DNA from: Candidatus Woesearchaeota archaeon
GTDB lineage: Archaea > Nanobdellota > Nanobdellia > Woesearchaeales > UBA10216
Direction: 5' to 3'
Length of the DNA: 33,993 nt
Assembly: GCA_016211185.1 (NCBI GenBank)
Contig: JACQST010000059.1
Coordinates: forward strand, 1 to 33,993
The notes under the pieces were generated by a model. That model saw nothing but the letters and a program-made list of their open reading frames with translations, ran no database searches and was not told the origin of the DNA. Shown here in pieces: positions 17,681-25,629 of this stretch. The translations under genes and the position numbers were made by a program. Every line of letters starts with the position of its first letter. The stretch's first letter is position 1.

Positions 17681-18223
17681 CTACACATAATCCCTAATCC
17701 TGCCCTTATACTCCTCATAAAGCAGCCACAAAACCAGCAGCACAGCATCCAGAACAGCAAGAAGCATGAACCTGTAAGGCAGGTCTGAGCCCAATACTGA
17801 TGAGGGAACTGCCAGGCTGACAAGGTCAAGCCCAAAATCCTCTGAGTTGAACGGGTAAAAAGGCATAACCGTGCCGTTAATTGTCCCGTCAAGAAAAACA
17901 TGAGACAGCGTGCCAAACGCAAAAAGCAGAGCATACACATGCATGGACTTAGTCCTGAGCACCTTCAGGAAAAGAAAGAAAAACATAACTCCAATAACTG
18001 GCAAAACCAGAGAATGCGTAACGGTGCGGTGAATGCTCGTTATTGGGACAGAGCCAAAATGCGAAGCAACTATGAAGACAGGAATGTCCAAGTCAGGAAG
18101 AAGGCCTGAAATCCCGGCAAAAAGAGCCATCCGCCTGGAGATTTTCCTGCCACGCCTCCCGAAATTCCTGTACATATCCGCCAAAAGAAGCGGGAAAAGT
18201 ATATGCGCTACCGCGAAAGGCAT
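17681..18223 (-). CDS. Membrane-bound metal-dependent hydrolase (YdjM-like)
   Basis: MP.AVAH, GLLPDLD, HR..THS, SH.FLD, PFYPF. Confidence 0.9.
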   Translation of the reverse strand: MPFAVAHILFPLLLADMYRNFGRRGRKISRRMALFAGISGLLPDLDIPVFIVASHFGSVPITSIHRTVTHSLVLPVIGVMFFFLFLKVLRTKSMHVYALLFAFGTLSHVFLDGTINGTVMPFYPFNSEDFGLDLVSLAVPSSVLGSDLPYRFMLLAVLDAVLLVLWLLYEEYKGRIRDYV

Positions 18224-18261
18224 CTTAGCTCCTCTTTTTCACAAACAAACAGCCTTAAAAA

Positions 18262-18984
18262 TCAGGCAACTTGCGTATATAAAGGATAAGGGTGCTTCGT
18301 TGCAGCCCTCTGCTCCGGGCCAAGGTTCCTCATTAGCTCCTCTATGTTAATTACAGGCCTGCTGAACTTGTCGTAGTCCTCCATCATCCTTGGGCAAGCA
18401 GTGTTGACATAACACTCAATGAACGGAAAGTTCTGAAGCTCAGTGAAATCAACAGTGTCAGAAACCAGATAGTAGTAGTTCTTGTCAGGGTAAATGCGCT
18501 TCAGAGCCTGCCCTGCCTTCAAGTGCAGCTGGCCAGGCTTGGTAGAGACCAGTATCCCTATCTCTGTTGAGTGCAGAAACTTGGCGTATGCGGCCTTTAT
18601 CTTTCTTTGCTCCTCCTCAGCCTCATATGGGTCAAGCCTGTAGAAGTGCCTGTTGACAGGGTCAAAGACAAAAAGCTCCTTCCCCGACGCCAAAGTGCCC
18701 CTCGGGTGAAACCTCCCGGTCCCGATGAAGAGAACCGCTTCGATATCCGAATCAGTGTTAGCTGGAAAGTCGCAGCCATACATCTGGCCGGCATGCTTTG
18801 AGTGGAAGCCCTTAATTATAGTTACCCTCTTACCGGCGGCCTCAAGCTGCGTCCTCACATCCTCCAGCCTGTGAAGGTGCTGGATATTAGTAACGAGCCC
18901 AATACTCATGGGAAGCTGCGCAACATGAGCAGCCTCAAGAAGAATCTCAGCATCAACCTTTGCCTCAATAAAGAACGTTTTCAT
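18262..18984 (-). CDS. dph2: Diphthamide synthesis protein Dph2, short form
   Basis: IGL.TNIQH, GQ..GCD, FIG.GRFHP, GILVSTKPGQ, VNTACPR. Confidence 0.85.
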   Translation of the reverse strand: MKTFFIEAKVDAEILLEAAHVAQLPMSIGLVTNIQHLHRLEDVRTQLEAAGKRVTIIKGFHSKHAGQMYGCDFPANTDSDIEAVLFIGTGRFHPRGTLASGKELFVFDPVNRHFYRLDPYEAEEEQRKIKAAYAKFLHSTEIGILVSTKPGQLHLKAGQALKRIYPDKNYYYLVSDTVDFTELQNFPFIECYVNTACPRMMEDYDKFSRPVINIEELMRNLGPEQRAATKHPYPLYTQVA

Positions 18985-19362
18985 CTACTGAAGGAGGACC
19001 GCGTTTATTGCGCCCTCCTGTCCCGGCCTGTTAGTAACCCTTGCCTTCCCAAGGTCAGTATCAATAACAGAGCCCTTCGTGATTATGTTCCTCCTGATAA
19101 AATGCTTGCTCGCAGGGTTGCCAACAACAGCCTTGATATTAGCCTTGACATACTTCCCTGACCTGGCATCATAAACATTAGCAGTGCCAGCAGCCATAAC
19201 CCTCAACTTAACCCCGCCACCCCTGATTCTTGTCCTCTTAATCTGGCCTTCACCAACACGCGAAAAAGTCGGCTCACTGCCGATCTCGCTCAGCCTCTTG
19301 TCACGCAGCTTCTTATACCTGCCACCAGAAGGACTCCTTCTCGATTTAGCCTGAGTAATCAT
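18985..19362 (-). CDS. rps8e: 30S ribosomal protein S8e
   Basis: Q.KSRR.PSGG, KR..EIG, R.RGG..K.R, NPA...F.RRNIITKG.VI.T..G.ARVT.RPGQ.G.INAVL; start set at ATG 19362 from TATA spacing. Confidence 0.97.
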   Translation of the reverse strand: MITQAKSRRSPSGGRYKKLRDKRLSEIGSEPTFSRVGEGQIKRTRIRGGGVKLRVMAAGTANVYDARSGKYVKANIKAVVGNPASKHFIRRNIITKGSVIDTDLGKARVTNRPGQEGAINAVLLQ

Positions 19363-19484
19363 ATACAGGAAAGGCATTCATAAGTTATTTATAATATTTG
19401 CGGTGCCACAAATAGGGCGCATTTCACAAACTTTATATATCAATCAATTTCTTCGCACATTATCGATTTTTGAGGGGTTTTTGA

Positions 19485-19709
19485 ATGGAACTGGAGAGAC
19501 CTTTGGATGCGCTCAACGATGCGCGCAACAAAAGAGTATTAGTGGAGCTGAAGAACGGAAGGCAGTACGCGGGCAAGCTGAAAGCATTTGACATACACGT
19601 AAACATAGTGCTTCAGGACGCTGAGGAACGCGCTGAAGGAGAGACAAAGAGAAAGCTTGGCGTAACCTTCATAAGGGGAGACACAATCATACTGATAACG
19701 CCGGAGTAA
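19485..19709 (+). CDS. Sm-like archaeal protein (Lsm/SmAP1)
   Basis: RPLD.L, VLVELKNG..Y.G.L.AFD.H.N.VL..AEE, FIRGD.I. Confidence 0.95.
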   Translation: MELERPLDALNDARNKRVLVELKNGRQYAGKLKAFDIHVNIVLQDAEERAEGETKRKLGVTFIRGDTIILITPE

Positions 19710-19716
19710 TGGTGAA

Positions 19717-19881
19717 ATGGTAAAGGGAACTCATTCTATGGGCAAGAAGTCCGGCAAGAAAAACACCATCTACTGCAGGCGCTGCGGAAGCAAATCATAC
19801 AACCTAAACAGGAACAAGTGCAGCAGCTGCGGATACGGAAAATCAGCCAGACTAAGAGGATACAACTGGCAGAAGGGCTGA
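19717..19881 (+). CDS. rpl37e: 50S ribosomal protein L37e (54 aa, absent from the ORF track)
   Basis: Manual translation MVKGTHSMGKKSGKKNTIYCRRCGSKSYNLNRNKCSSCGYGKSARLRGYNWQKG*; GGTGA RBS; conserved lsm-rpl37e synteny. Confidence 0.96.
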   Translation: MVKGTHSMGKKSGKKNTIYCRRCGSKSYNLNRNKCSSCGYGKSARLRGYNWQKG

Positions 19882-19884
19882 TAG

Positions 19885-20109
19885 ATGAATCGGGACTGTA
19901 TTTTTCAAGGACTCGGGCAAGAAGACCTCGCCAGAGTTGCAGGACAGACAATCCCCAGATACTCAAGAAGTATACAGCAGGGTGCTGATGCCTTAACCAA
20001 TCTTATACTGATGGACGAGTCCCCAGCCCATCATTCAGCAGATTTCTTCGATACAGCCAAGAACATGCAAATGTGCGAAAAGTTCGAGAATTTGCCGACA
20101 CAAGAATAA
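19885..20109 (+). CDS. Possible small hypothetical protein or gene remnant
   Basis: 74-aa ORF starting 3 nt after rpl37e; no motif recognised. Confidence 0.3.
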   Translation: MNRDCIFQGLGQEDLARVAGQTIPRYSRSIQQGADALTNLILMDESPAHHSADFFDTAKNMQMCEKFENLPTQE

Positions 20110-20218
20110 GCCAAAAACTGGCGTTACTTATATTGATTCGGCAATCGGAACTAAAACCAAATCAAGAATTCAGGCAGACAAGAAAACTCCTTGAACAAGA
20201 AACAAATGGCGAAATTCG

Positions 20219-20668
20219 CTATCCATACCTCTCGCCCTCAACATTAGCCTCCCTGAGAAGCTCCAGAGTCTCCTCATCCATAGAATAACTCTTGTTATAG
20301 TAAACCTTCCTTATGCCTGCGTTGATGATTGACTTTGCGCAGTAACGGCACGGACAGTGGCTCGTGAAGATTGCGGCGTCCTTTGTCGCTATTCCTTGGT
20401 ATGCTGCCTGAACAATGGCGTTCTCCTCGGCATGGACACACATGCACTCATGCAGCCCCTCGCCGCTCTTAACACTTGATGCACAGCGCTCACAGCCGCC
20501 CTCATTGCAGTTTTTCACTCCGCGAGCAGTGCCATTATAGCCTGTCGAGATAATCATATTGTCCTTAACGACGACTGCTCCAACCTGCCTCCTGACGCAA
20601 GAGCTTTTCTTGGCAATGAGCCTGGAAACCTCAATAAAATACTGCGTCCAACTGATTTTTTCCTGCAT
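20219..20668 (-). CDS. dCMP deaminase (ComEB/Dcd1-like)
   Basis: SW..YF, S.C.RRQVGAV.V, STGYNG, CVHAEENAI, PCRYC.K.IINAGI; RBS GAGGTGA. Confidence 0.94.
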   Translation of the reverse strand: MQEKISWTQYFIEVSRLIAKKSSCVRRQVGAVVVKDNMIISTGYNGTARGVKNCNEGGCERCASSVKSGEGLHECMCVHAEENAIVQAAYQGIATKDAAIFTSHCPCRYCAKSIINAGIRKVYYNKSYSMDEETLELLREANVEGERYG

Positions 20669-20674
20669 AAAAGC

Positions 20675-21229
20675 TCACCTCCACACAACCCTCAGCACGC
20701 GAGCCATCTGCTGAGCACGCGCCCTGAACTCATCAATGGTGCCCTCGTTAACAATGGCGTAGTCAGCCATAGCTATCGGGGAAGCTTTGTCAATGTTCTC
20801 AATCTCCGCTATGTCCCTTGACCTCGCCTGCTCCTCAGAAAGGCGACGCTCACCCCTGAAAGCAAGACGCCTATATCTGGTGGCAGGCGACGCATAAATG
20901 GCAAGAAGCACAAGACCTGGAAATTTAGGCTTCAGATAGGTGTATTCCTGCCAGCTATACAAGCCGTCAATAACCACGTCAGAACTACTTAAGGTATCCC
21001 TTATCTTGGGCTCGTTCAGCTTGGCATAAGCATCCATGCCGTGCTCAACACGCAACGTTTCCCTCACAACAGACTCGTTCTCCTCATTGATATCAAGCCC
21101 TCTCCTCTCAAGCTCGTCCATAGTAACAGCGCCGAAACGTATCTTCCTGTATCCTTCCTTCTCAAAAACCTCTGTCGCGGTGCTCTTCCCTGCGCCAGGC
21201 ATCCCCACAATCGCGATAAGCCCATGCAT
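20675..21229 (-). CDS. P-loop kinase, UPF0200/dephospho-CoA-kinase-like
   Basis: IAIVGMPGAGKS, LR.EHG..A.A, VVIDG, RY.RL..R, RD..E, I..ADY.I.NEG. Confidence 0.88.
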   Translation of the reverse strand: MHGLIAIVGMPGAGKSTATEVFEKEGYRKIRFGAVTMDELERRGLDINEENESVVRETLRVEHGMDAYAKLNEPKIRDTLSSSDVVIDGLYSWQEYTYLKPKFPGLVLLAIYASPATRYRRLAFRGERRLSEEQARSRDIAEIENIDKASPIAMADYAIVNEGTIDEFRARAQQMARVLRVVWR

Positions 21230-21295
21230 AACGCGAAGTTGTCCACGAAGATTTAAAAAGGTTTTTGGAAAGTTGGAAATACAGAAGAGCAAAAA

Positions 21296-21562
21296 TTATC
21301 TGCCCAAAAGCCTATACGGGAGTTCACAGCCTATAACACCTGCAAGTCCATAAAGAACGCCAAGAGGAACTGCATTAATGCCCAGCTCGGGATTAGCGGT
21401 AACCACGACAGCTGAACCCGCGCAACCCGCAACAATCGGATAAGCATATTGCCTGGCCAATCTCATGGATGCCAGTGCCAAGCCGCTACCAACTCCTATT
21501 GCAGCACCAACACCCAAACCAATCGGATTGATGTTGCTCACCAAGTCCTGAATTCCGTCCAT
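21296..21562 (-). CDS. Small Gly-rich hydrophobic membrane protein
   Basis: 88 aa, about 3 hydrophobic segments; TTTATATA 31 nt upstream. Confidence 0.65.
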   Translation of the reverse strand: MDGIQDLVSNINPIGLGVGAAIGVGSGLALASMRLARQYAYPIVAGCAGSAVVVTANPELGINAVPLGVLYGLAGVIGCELPYRLLGR

Positions 21563-21615
21563 GCGTTACCTACAAGAAGACCTAATATATAAATGTTTCG
21601 TTACTAAGCAGTAGC

Positions 21616-21726
21616 AATAACGCTAAAAAAATCCGTTACGCTAAAAACGCAGCGTTTTTGGCTCTTAAGGGGAAAACTTAGGGTGTGGTACCCACAGAGC
21701 AGGGTAACTAGCCTGCAATTTTTTCT
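21616..21726 (+). ncRNA. Candidate structured RNA or REP-like multi-hairpin element
   Basis: Four abutting stem-loops (21640-62, 21663-83, 21684-96, 21699-716) followed by a T-tract; G-U pairs form on the + strand only. Confidence 0.35.
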
Positions 21727-21732
21727 TCCTTG

Positions 21733-23157
21733 TTAGTATGTGGTGTTTATCTGGTCCTGCTCATACTTCAAGCCTTTTTTCAGGGCAAGCTCTGCCCTCA
21801 TCAGCTCCTGGCCGATGTAGATGGCATGGCTGATGTCGCTGGCCTTCTGCTCCAGCACAATCCACCTTGAAGCCTCCTGAGAACTCGCTGCTAAGAACTC
21901 CTCAAGCCTCTGGCCATCAGGCGAAAGATGAGTTACCTTTATCCTGCCGCCCTCAACTGATATGTGAATGTTTCCCCTCGGGTCAAGGTTTCCAGTGCTC
22001 CTTGGAAGCTCAAAAGAAATGTTCTTATCCAAAGGATACTCCCGAAGGACTTCCTGCGCCTGCCTGAAATGCCTCTCATAAACATGCGCACTGGCAGAAA
22101 TCATGATGGTTTCGCCGAGCTCTTTTCCTGTCTCTGCGCATAACTGCTTCTGAAGCTTCCTTAAAGCATAAGCGTTCTTAGGCCACGCACCATAGATGTC
22201 GTTGCTCCTCAAATAAGCAATCAGGTAAAGCTTATCGCCCTGAATTATCGCCTGCACAAGGTTAAGGCACGGCGGGTTAATGCTGTCCATATCCAAGTTG
22301 ACGTCCCAAGTGACAGCAACAGCCCTCCTGGTATGGGGATGCTCATTAAGCTTCCGGGCAATTTTACTAATCTGGTCAACCCCCTTATGAGACCTTAGCC
22401 TCTGGCCATAAGTATATGTGATTTCAGGAACCTTCTGGTCAGTAAGAACCTGTGGATAATACTCCTCAAGCTCCTCCTCCGGAAAAGCAAAATAGGGCTT
22501 CCATTGGGGCTTGTCAGGGTCCTCATGAGTAATTATGGTTGAAAGGCAGATAATCTCCTTTTGCTTCTCCTCGTGCTGAGACTCCTTGAGAGCTCCGAAC
22601 TTCATAATCGTGCTTAGAGCCTGAAGCCATGCCTCGCCAATTGTCCTTGCCCGAATCTTGAAAACAGGGTCAGTGGGGAAATTCATCGGAACCTCAACCC
22701 TCGCCTCAGGAAATGACTCAGGGCTCCCGTAGCCCGTCTTTAAAGGCAGCCCTGCAATAACCTGCTTCAAGACGCTGTAGTCTGTAACGTTCCTGGCGTC
22801 AATGACATCGACATTCTTCCTGAAGCTCTCAACAGCATCCAAAGGAATCTCATTATCCACCCGCGCACCACTCACTCCCCTTACCGAACGTTCATCATCC
22901 ACCCCTTTTTCCTTTAGGCTGATAAGTGCCTGTCCGCTCTGGCTCCTGTCCTGGCCGCACACAACTATGTAACGGATGTTCTTGTTGAAAAGGCAGTACC
23001 TGAGAACAGTGTTAAGCCCGGCATCCTTTGAATAAAGCTGGCCGATAACCGCATAGCTGTCTCTGTCCAGATGCCTCTCAACAATCTCAAGCGGAGTCCA
23101 CAAAGTGCAGACTGCAACATTACTCTTCTCGTTACCAAGCTTCACAGACTGTTTCAT
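21733..23157 (-). CDS. thyA: Thymidylate synthase with N-terminal MtrA-like and C-terminal DUF4346-like domains
   Basis: TS core: YTYGQRL, TRRAVA, NPPCL, RSNDIYGAWP.N, SAHVY. N-terminus: VAVCTL, N.NIRY.VVCG, GQAL..L...GVD, AVE.FR..V.VID. C-terminus: DP.GN, SHA.Y.G.EL.RAE.AL..G..Y.QD. Confidence 0.88.
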   Translation of the reverse strand: MKQSVKLGNEKSNVAVCTLWTPLEIVERHLDRDSYAVIGQLYSKDAGLNTVLRYCLFNKNIRYIVVCGQDRSQSGQALISLKEKGVDDERSVRGVSGARVDNEIPLDAVESFRKNVDVIDARNVTDYSVLKQVIAGLPLKTGYGSPESFPEARVEVPMNFPTDPVFKIRARTIGEAWLQALSTIMKFGALKESQHEEKQKEIICLSTIITHEDPDKPQWKPYFAFPEEELEEYYPQVLTDQKVPEITYTYGQRLRSHKGVDQISKIARKLNEHPHTRRAVAVTWDVNLDMDSINPPCLNLVQAIIQGDKLYLIAYLRSNDIYGAWPKNAYALRKLQKQLCAETGKELGETIMISASAHVYERHFRQAQEVLREYPLDKNISFELPRSTGNLDPRGNIHISVEGGRIKVTHLSPDGQRLEEFLAASSQEASRWIVLEQKASDISHAIYIGQELMRAELALKKGLKYEQDQINTTY

Positions 23158-23197
23158 GCGGACAAGTTCCTTTTACTTCTATAAAATTGTTGCTACA

Positions 23198-24334
23198 TTA
23201 CGCATAGAATCTTTTGCCATTCCTGTAATCCCTTGCAAGCTCCCTTAACTTTTCAGGTTCAGCATGTATGCCCTTCTTTTTCAGCAGCCCTGAAACTCGG
23301 CCGGATGACAGGAACTGGAGGAACTGGGTGGTGTTTTTAGGCTTAACTGTGATGTGGCACCTCTCAAAGTCAATCATTACAGGCTTGCCGCTCTTAATGA
23401 CTATTATGTGCTTCAAGGGATGATGCATCTCCTCCTTGCCCACGCCCATCCTGTCCATCAGCAGACACTGCCTCAAAACTTCCTTCACAACCTTTACAGC
23501 AGCTTCAGCACTGCACGCTTGAAGGAAATCACATATGTATTGCCCCTCCACAAAGCGGTATGCAAAGAAGCCATTGCCTGCAAAAACCAGCTCAGGACCG
23601 ATGCCCTTCCTGTTAAGGCGCCGAAGCCAAGCGGCCTCGTTAGAAACCCTGCCTTTGGCCTTTGAGTCAGGCCTCTCGGCCTTAACAGCAACCTTCCTTT
23701 TCCTGTAAACTGCAGTGTACACAACTCCCCTCTTGCCCCTGGCGAAAAGGCGGACTGCACTAGCGCCTTTTTTCTCCAACTCCACCAGAAGGGGTTTCTT
23801 GGCTATCAAGTAGCAGTAAAGCGTCTCAAAAAAGAACCTCTTCTGCCCTATTACGCTGAAGTCATAGCAGTTGTCCTTGATTATTCTCTCCACCGCATGG
23901 TTCGTTGTAAGGCTGCTCGCTACAAGAATAATCCTCCCGTCGGGCTTCAGGAAATTACTGCTTGCCCTGATAAAGCGCTCAACCGTCTCATAGCCCTTCC
24001 TGCCCCCGTATATCGCCCTATCCTCAATCCCTTTATCCTGAGGAAGATACGGCGGGTTGAAAATGATTGTATCAAACTGCCCCCTGATGCCCTCAAAAAG
24101 GTCTGCCCTGCGAAACTTTATCCTGATACCCTCACTTGCAGCATTTGTCCTTGCCGCATGAAGCGCAGCATCGCTGATGTCTGTCGCTGTCGCTGATTTC
24201 ACGCCCTCTTTCTTCGCTGCAGCTATTGCAAGGATACCTGTTCCTGTGCCCACCTCAAGGACGTCCCCTACTGCATGCTCCTTCACAGCTTCAAGAAGAA
24301 GATAGCTGTCCTCAGCAGGGTTGTAGACTGCCAT
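23198..24334 (-). CDS. HemK2/PrmC-like methyltransferase fused to a COG2112-like Ser/Thr protein kinase domain
   Basis: VY.PAEDS.LL, VLEVGTGTG, FD.IIFNPPYL, GG..G; then FARGKRGVVY, VAVK, NEA.WL, IDFE. Confidence 0.87.
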   Translation of the reverse strand: MAVYNPAEDSYLLLEAVKEHAVGDVLEVGTGTGILAIAAAKKEGVKSATATDISDAALHAARTNAASEGIRIKFRRADLFEGIRGQFDTIIFNPPYLPQDKGIEDRAIYGGRKGYETVERFIRASSNFLKPDGRIILVASSLTTNHAVERIIKDNCYDFSVIGQKRFFFETLYCYLIAKKPLLVELEKKGASAVRLFARGKRGVVYTAVYRKRKVAVKAERPDSKAKGRVSNEAAWLRRLNRKGIGPELVFAGNGFFAYRFVEGQYICDFLQACSAEAAVKVVKEVLRQCLLMDRMGVGKEEMHHPLKHIIVIKSGKPVMIDFERCHITVKPKNTTQFLQFLSSGRVSGLLKKKGIHAEPEKLRELARDYRNGKRFYA

Positions 24335-24408
24335 TATAGGCAAGCCTGTTGAGCTTGTTAATAAGCTATTTGTATTATGAAACTTGAAGTTATCAAAACT
24401 TTAAATTT

Positions 24409-25041
24409 CTATCCCTCTGCCTTGTATAGCCTTTCGAAAATCTCCTTCCTGATAAAAGTTGTTTTGCTGAGGCGCTTCATTTTCTCTTCAAGATCAATAA
24501 TAATCCACTTGTTCTTCCTCTTCTGCCTTATTGCCTCCTCAACAATTCCAGCCCAATCAATATTTTTCTCTGCCCTTACAATTGTTTCCATGTCCTCGTA
24601 ATCCTTTTCCCGGTCAGTGACTGATTTCAGCATCATCAAGAGCTCCACTGGAGCTGTAAAAACAGTCAGTTCATTCTTACCGATGTAATCGTGCCTTTGC
24701 GTGAACCTGCCGAATTCCACCTGAAAGCCAAAAACGTCCTTAACGAAAAGGTCGAACCGATCCTCTCCTCTGGAATAAATCAGGGGCTTGTTTCCAGTTT
24801 TTCCCCTTTTCCCCTCAAAAACAGTTCTTATTGATTTCTCCGAATATCCCAGTTTCTCTATAGCACGAATGAAGGTCGCCCTATCCTTCCTGTTCATGAA
24901 TACCATATCTATGTCCTTTGTTGAATTCTTGTATCCCCTGAACATCATGGCAGTGCCTCCTATTGCAAGGCACTCCACATCCTCACCCAAATAGTCAGCT
25001 ATCAACCTGAACAAGTCCTCCTGATCCTGCGTGCTTATCAA
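24409..25041 (-). CDS. Nucleotidyltransferase (DUF6036/AbiEii-like)
   Basis: LAIGGTAM...G....TKDID, L...K..T.R.KD..D; TTG start overlaps the upstream stop. Confidence 0.8.
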   Translation of the reverse strand: MISTQDQEDLFRLIADYLGEDVECLAIGGTAMMFRGYKNSTKDIDMVFMNRKDRATFIRAIEKLGYSEKSIRTVFEGKRGKTGNKPLIYSRGEDRFDLFVKDVFGFQVEFGRFTQRHDYIGKNELTVFTAPVELLMMLKSVTDREKDYEDMETIVRAEKNIDWAGIVEEAIRQKRKNKWIIIDLEEKMKRLSKTTFIRKEIFERLYKAEG

Positions 25042-25505
25042 TTCAAGTACCTCTCAGGCATTCGCCGAACCCTCATATATCCCCTGGCTTGCTTGTACAG
25101 GGCAACAATGCTATCTTCAACGCCCTGCTTTTTCGCCAAGTCAAACAGACGTTTCCAATCGCGTACATGCCTGAACAAGTAAGATGTTGCCTGCAACGTC
25201 CTTGAATCCCCTATCCTCACCCCGTCAATTATGGCGTGCTCTATTGTGTAGTTGCCGCTCACATAATGCTCAAATCCCGGCCGCAGCTTTTCAGGGCTAT
25301 ACCTGTTTACTATGTCGTAGAAACCATTGGTTTTTCTCTTTGGAAGCTCGTGAATAGCGTATATTCTTTTCTGCTTCCCCCCACCGCTAACTTCTACAAG
25401 CCCCTTCTTCTTGAGCTTTGAAAGAAGGTTGATTGCAGACTGCCTGCTCAACCCGCGCTCACTTGCAAACCGCTCCACCGTATATTTTCCTTCCTTAATC
25501 TCCAT
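25038..25505 (-). CDS. Winged-HTH protein, AbiEi-like putative antitoxin
   Basis: N-terminal wHTH (LSRQSAINLLSKLKKKGLV), C-terminal T.EHAIID; coupled to the NTase; TTTAAATA 32 nt upstream of ATG 25505. Confidence 0.7.
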   Translation of the reverse strand: MEIKEGKYTVERFASERGLSRQSAINLLSKLKKKGLVEVSGGGKQKRIYAIHELPKRKTNGFYDIVNRYSPEKLRPGFEHYVSGNYTIEHAIIDGVRIGDSRTLQATSYLFRHVRDWKRLFDLAKKQGVEDSIVALYKQARGYMRVRRMPERYLN

Positions 25506-25629
25506 ATTCACATTATGCATATTAAGTGATATTTAAAGTTTTCTTTTTTATTGTTATCCGTCTTCTTATGCCTTTTCATAAACATCAAAGAACCCAAAAT
25601 ATAGATAACTGCGTAGCTCTTCAAAGCCC

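Noticed and set aside
22750-23157. MtrA-like domain as evidence of methanogenesis
   Set aside because: No cobamide His, no membrane anchor, no other mtr genes; it is fused to ThyA.
23900-24334. NPPY motif as a DNA adenine methyltransferase of an R-M system
   Set aside because: VY.PAEDS and the overall layout match HemK2; no target-recognition domain or nuclease is adjacent.
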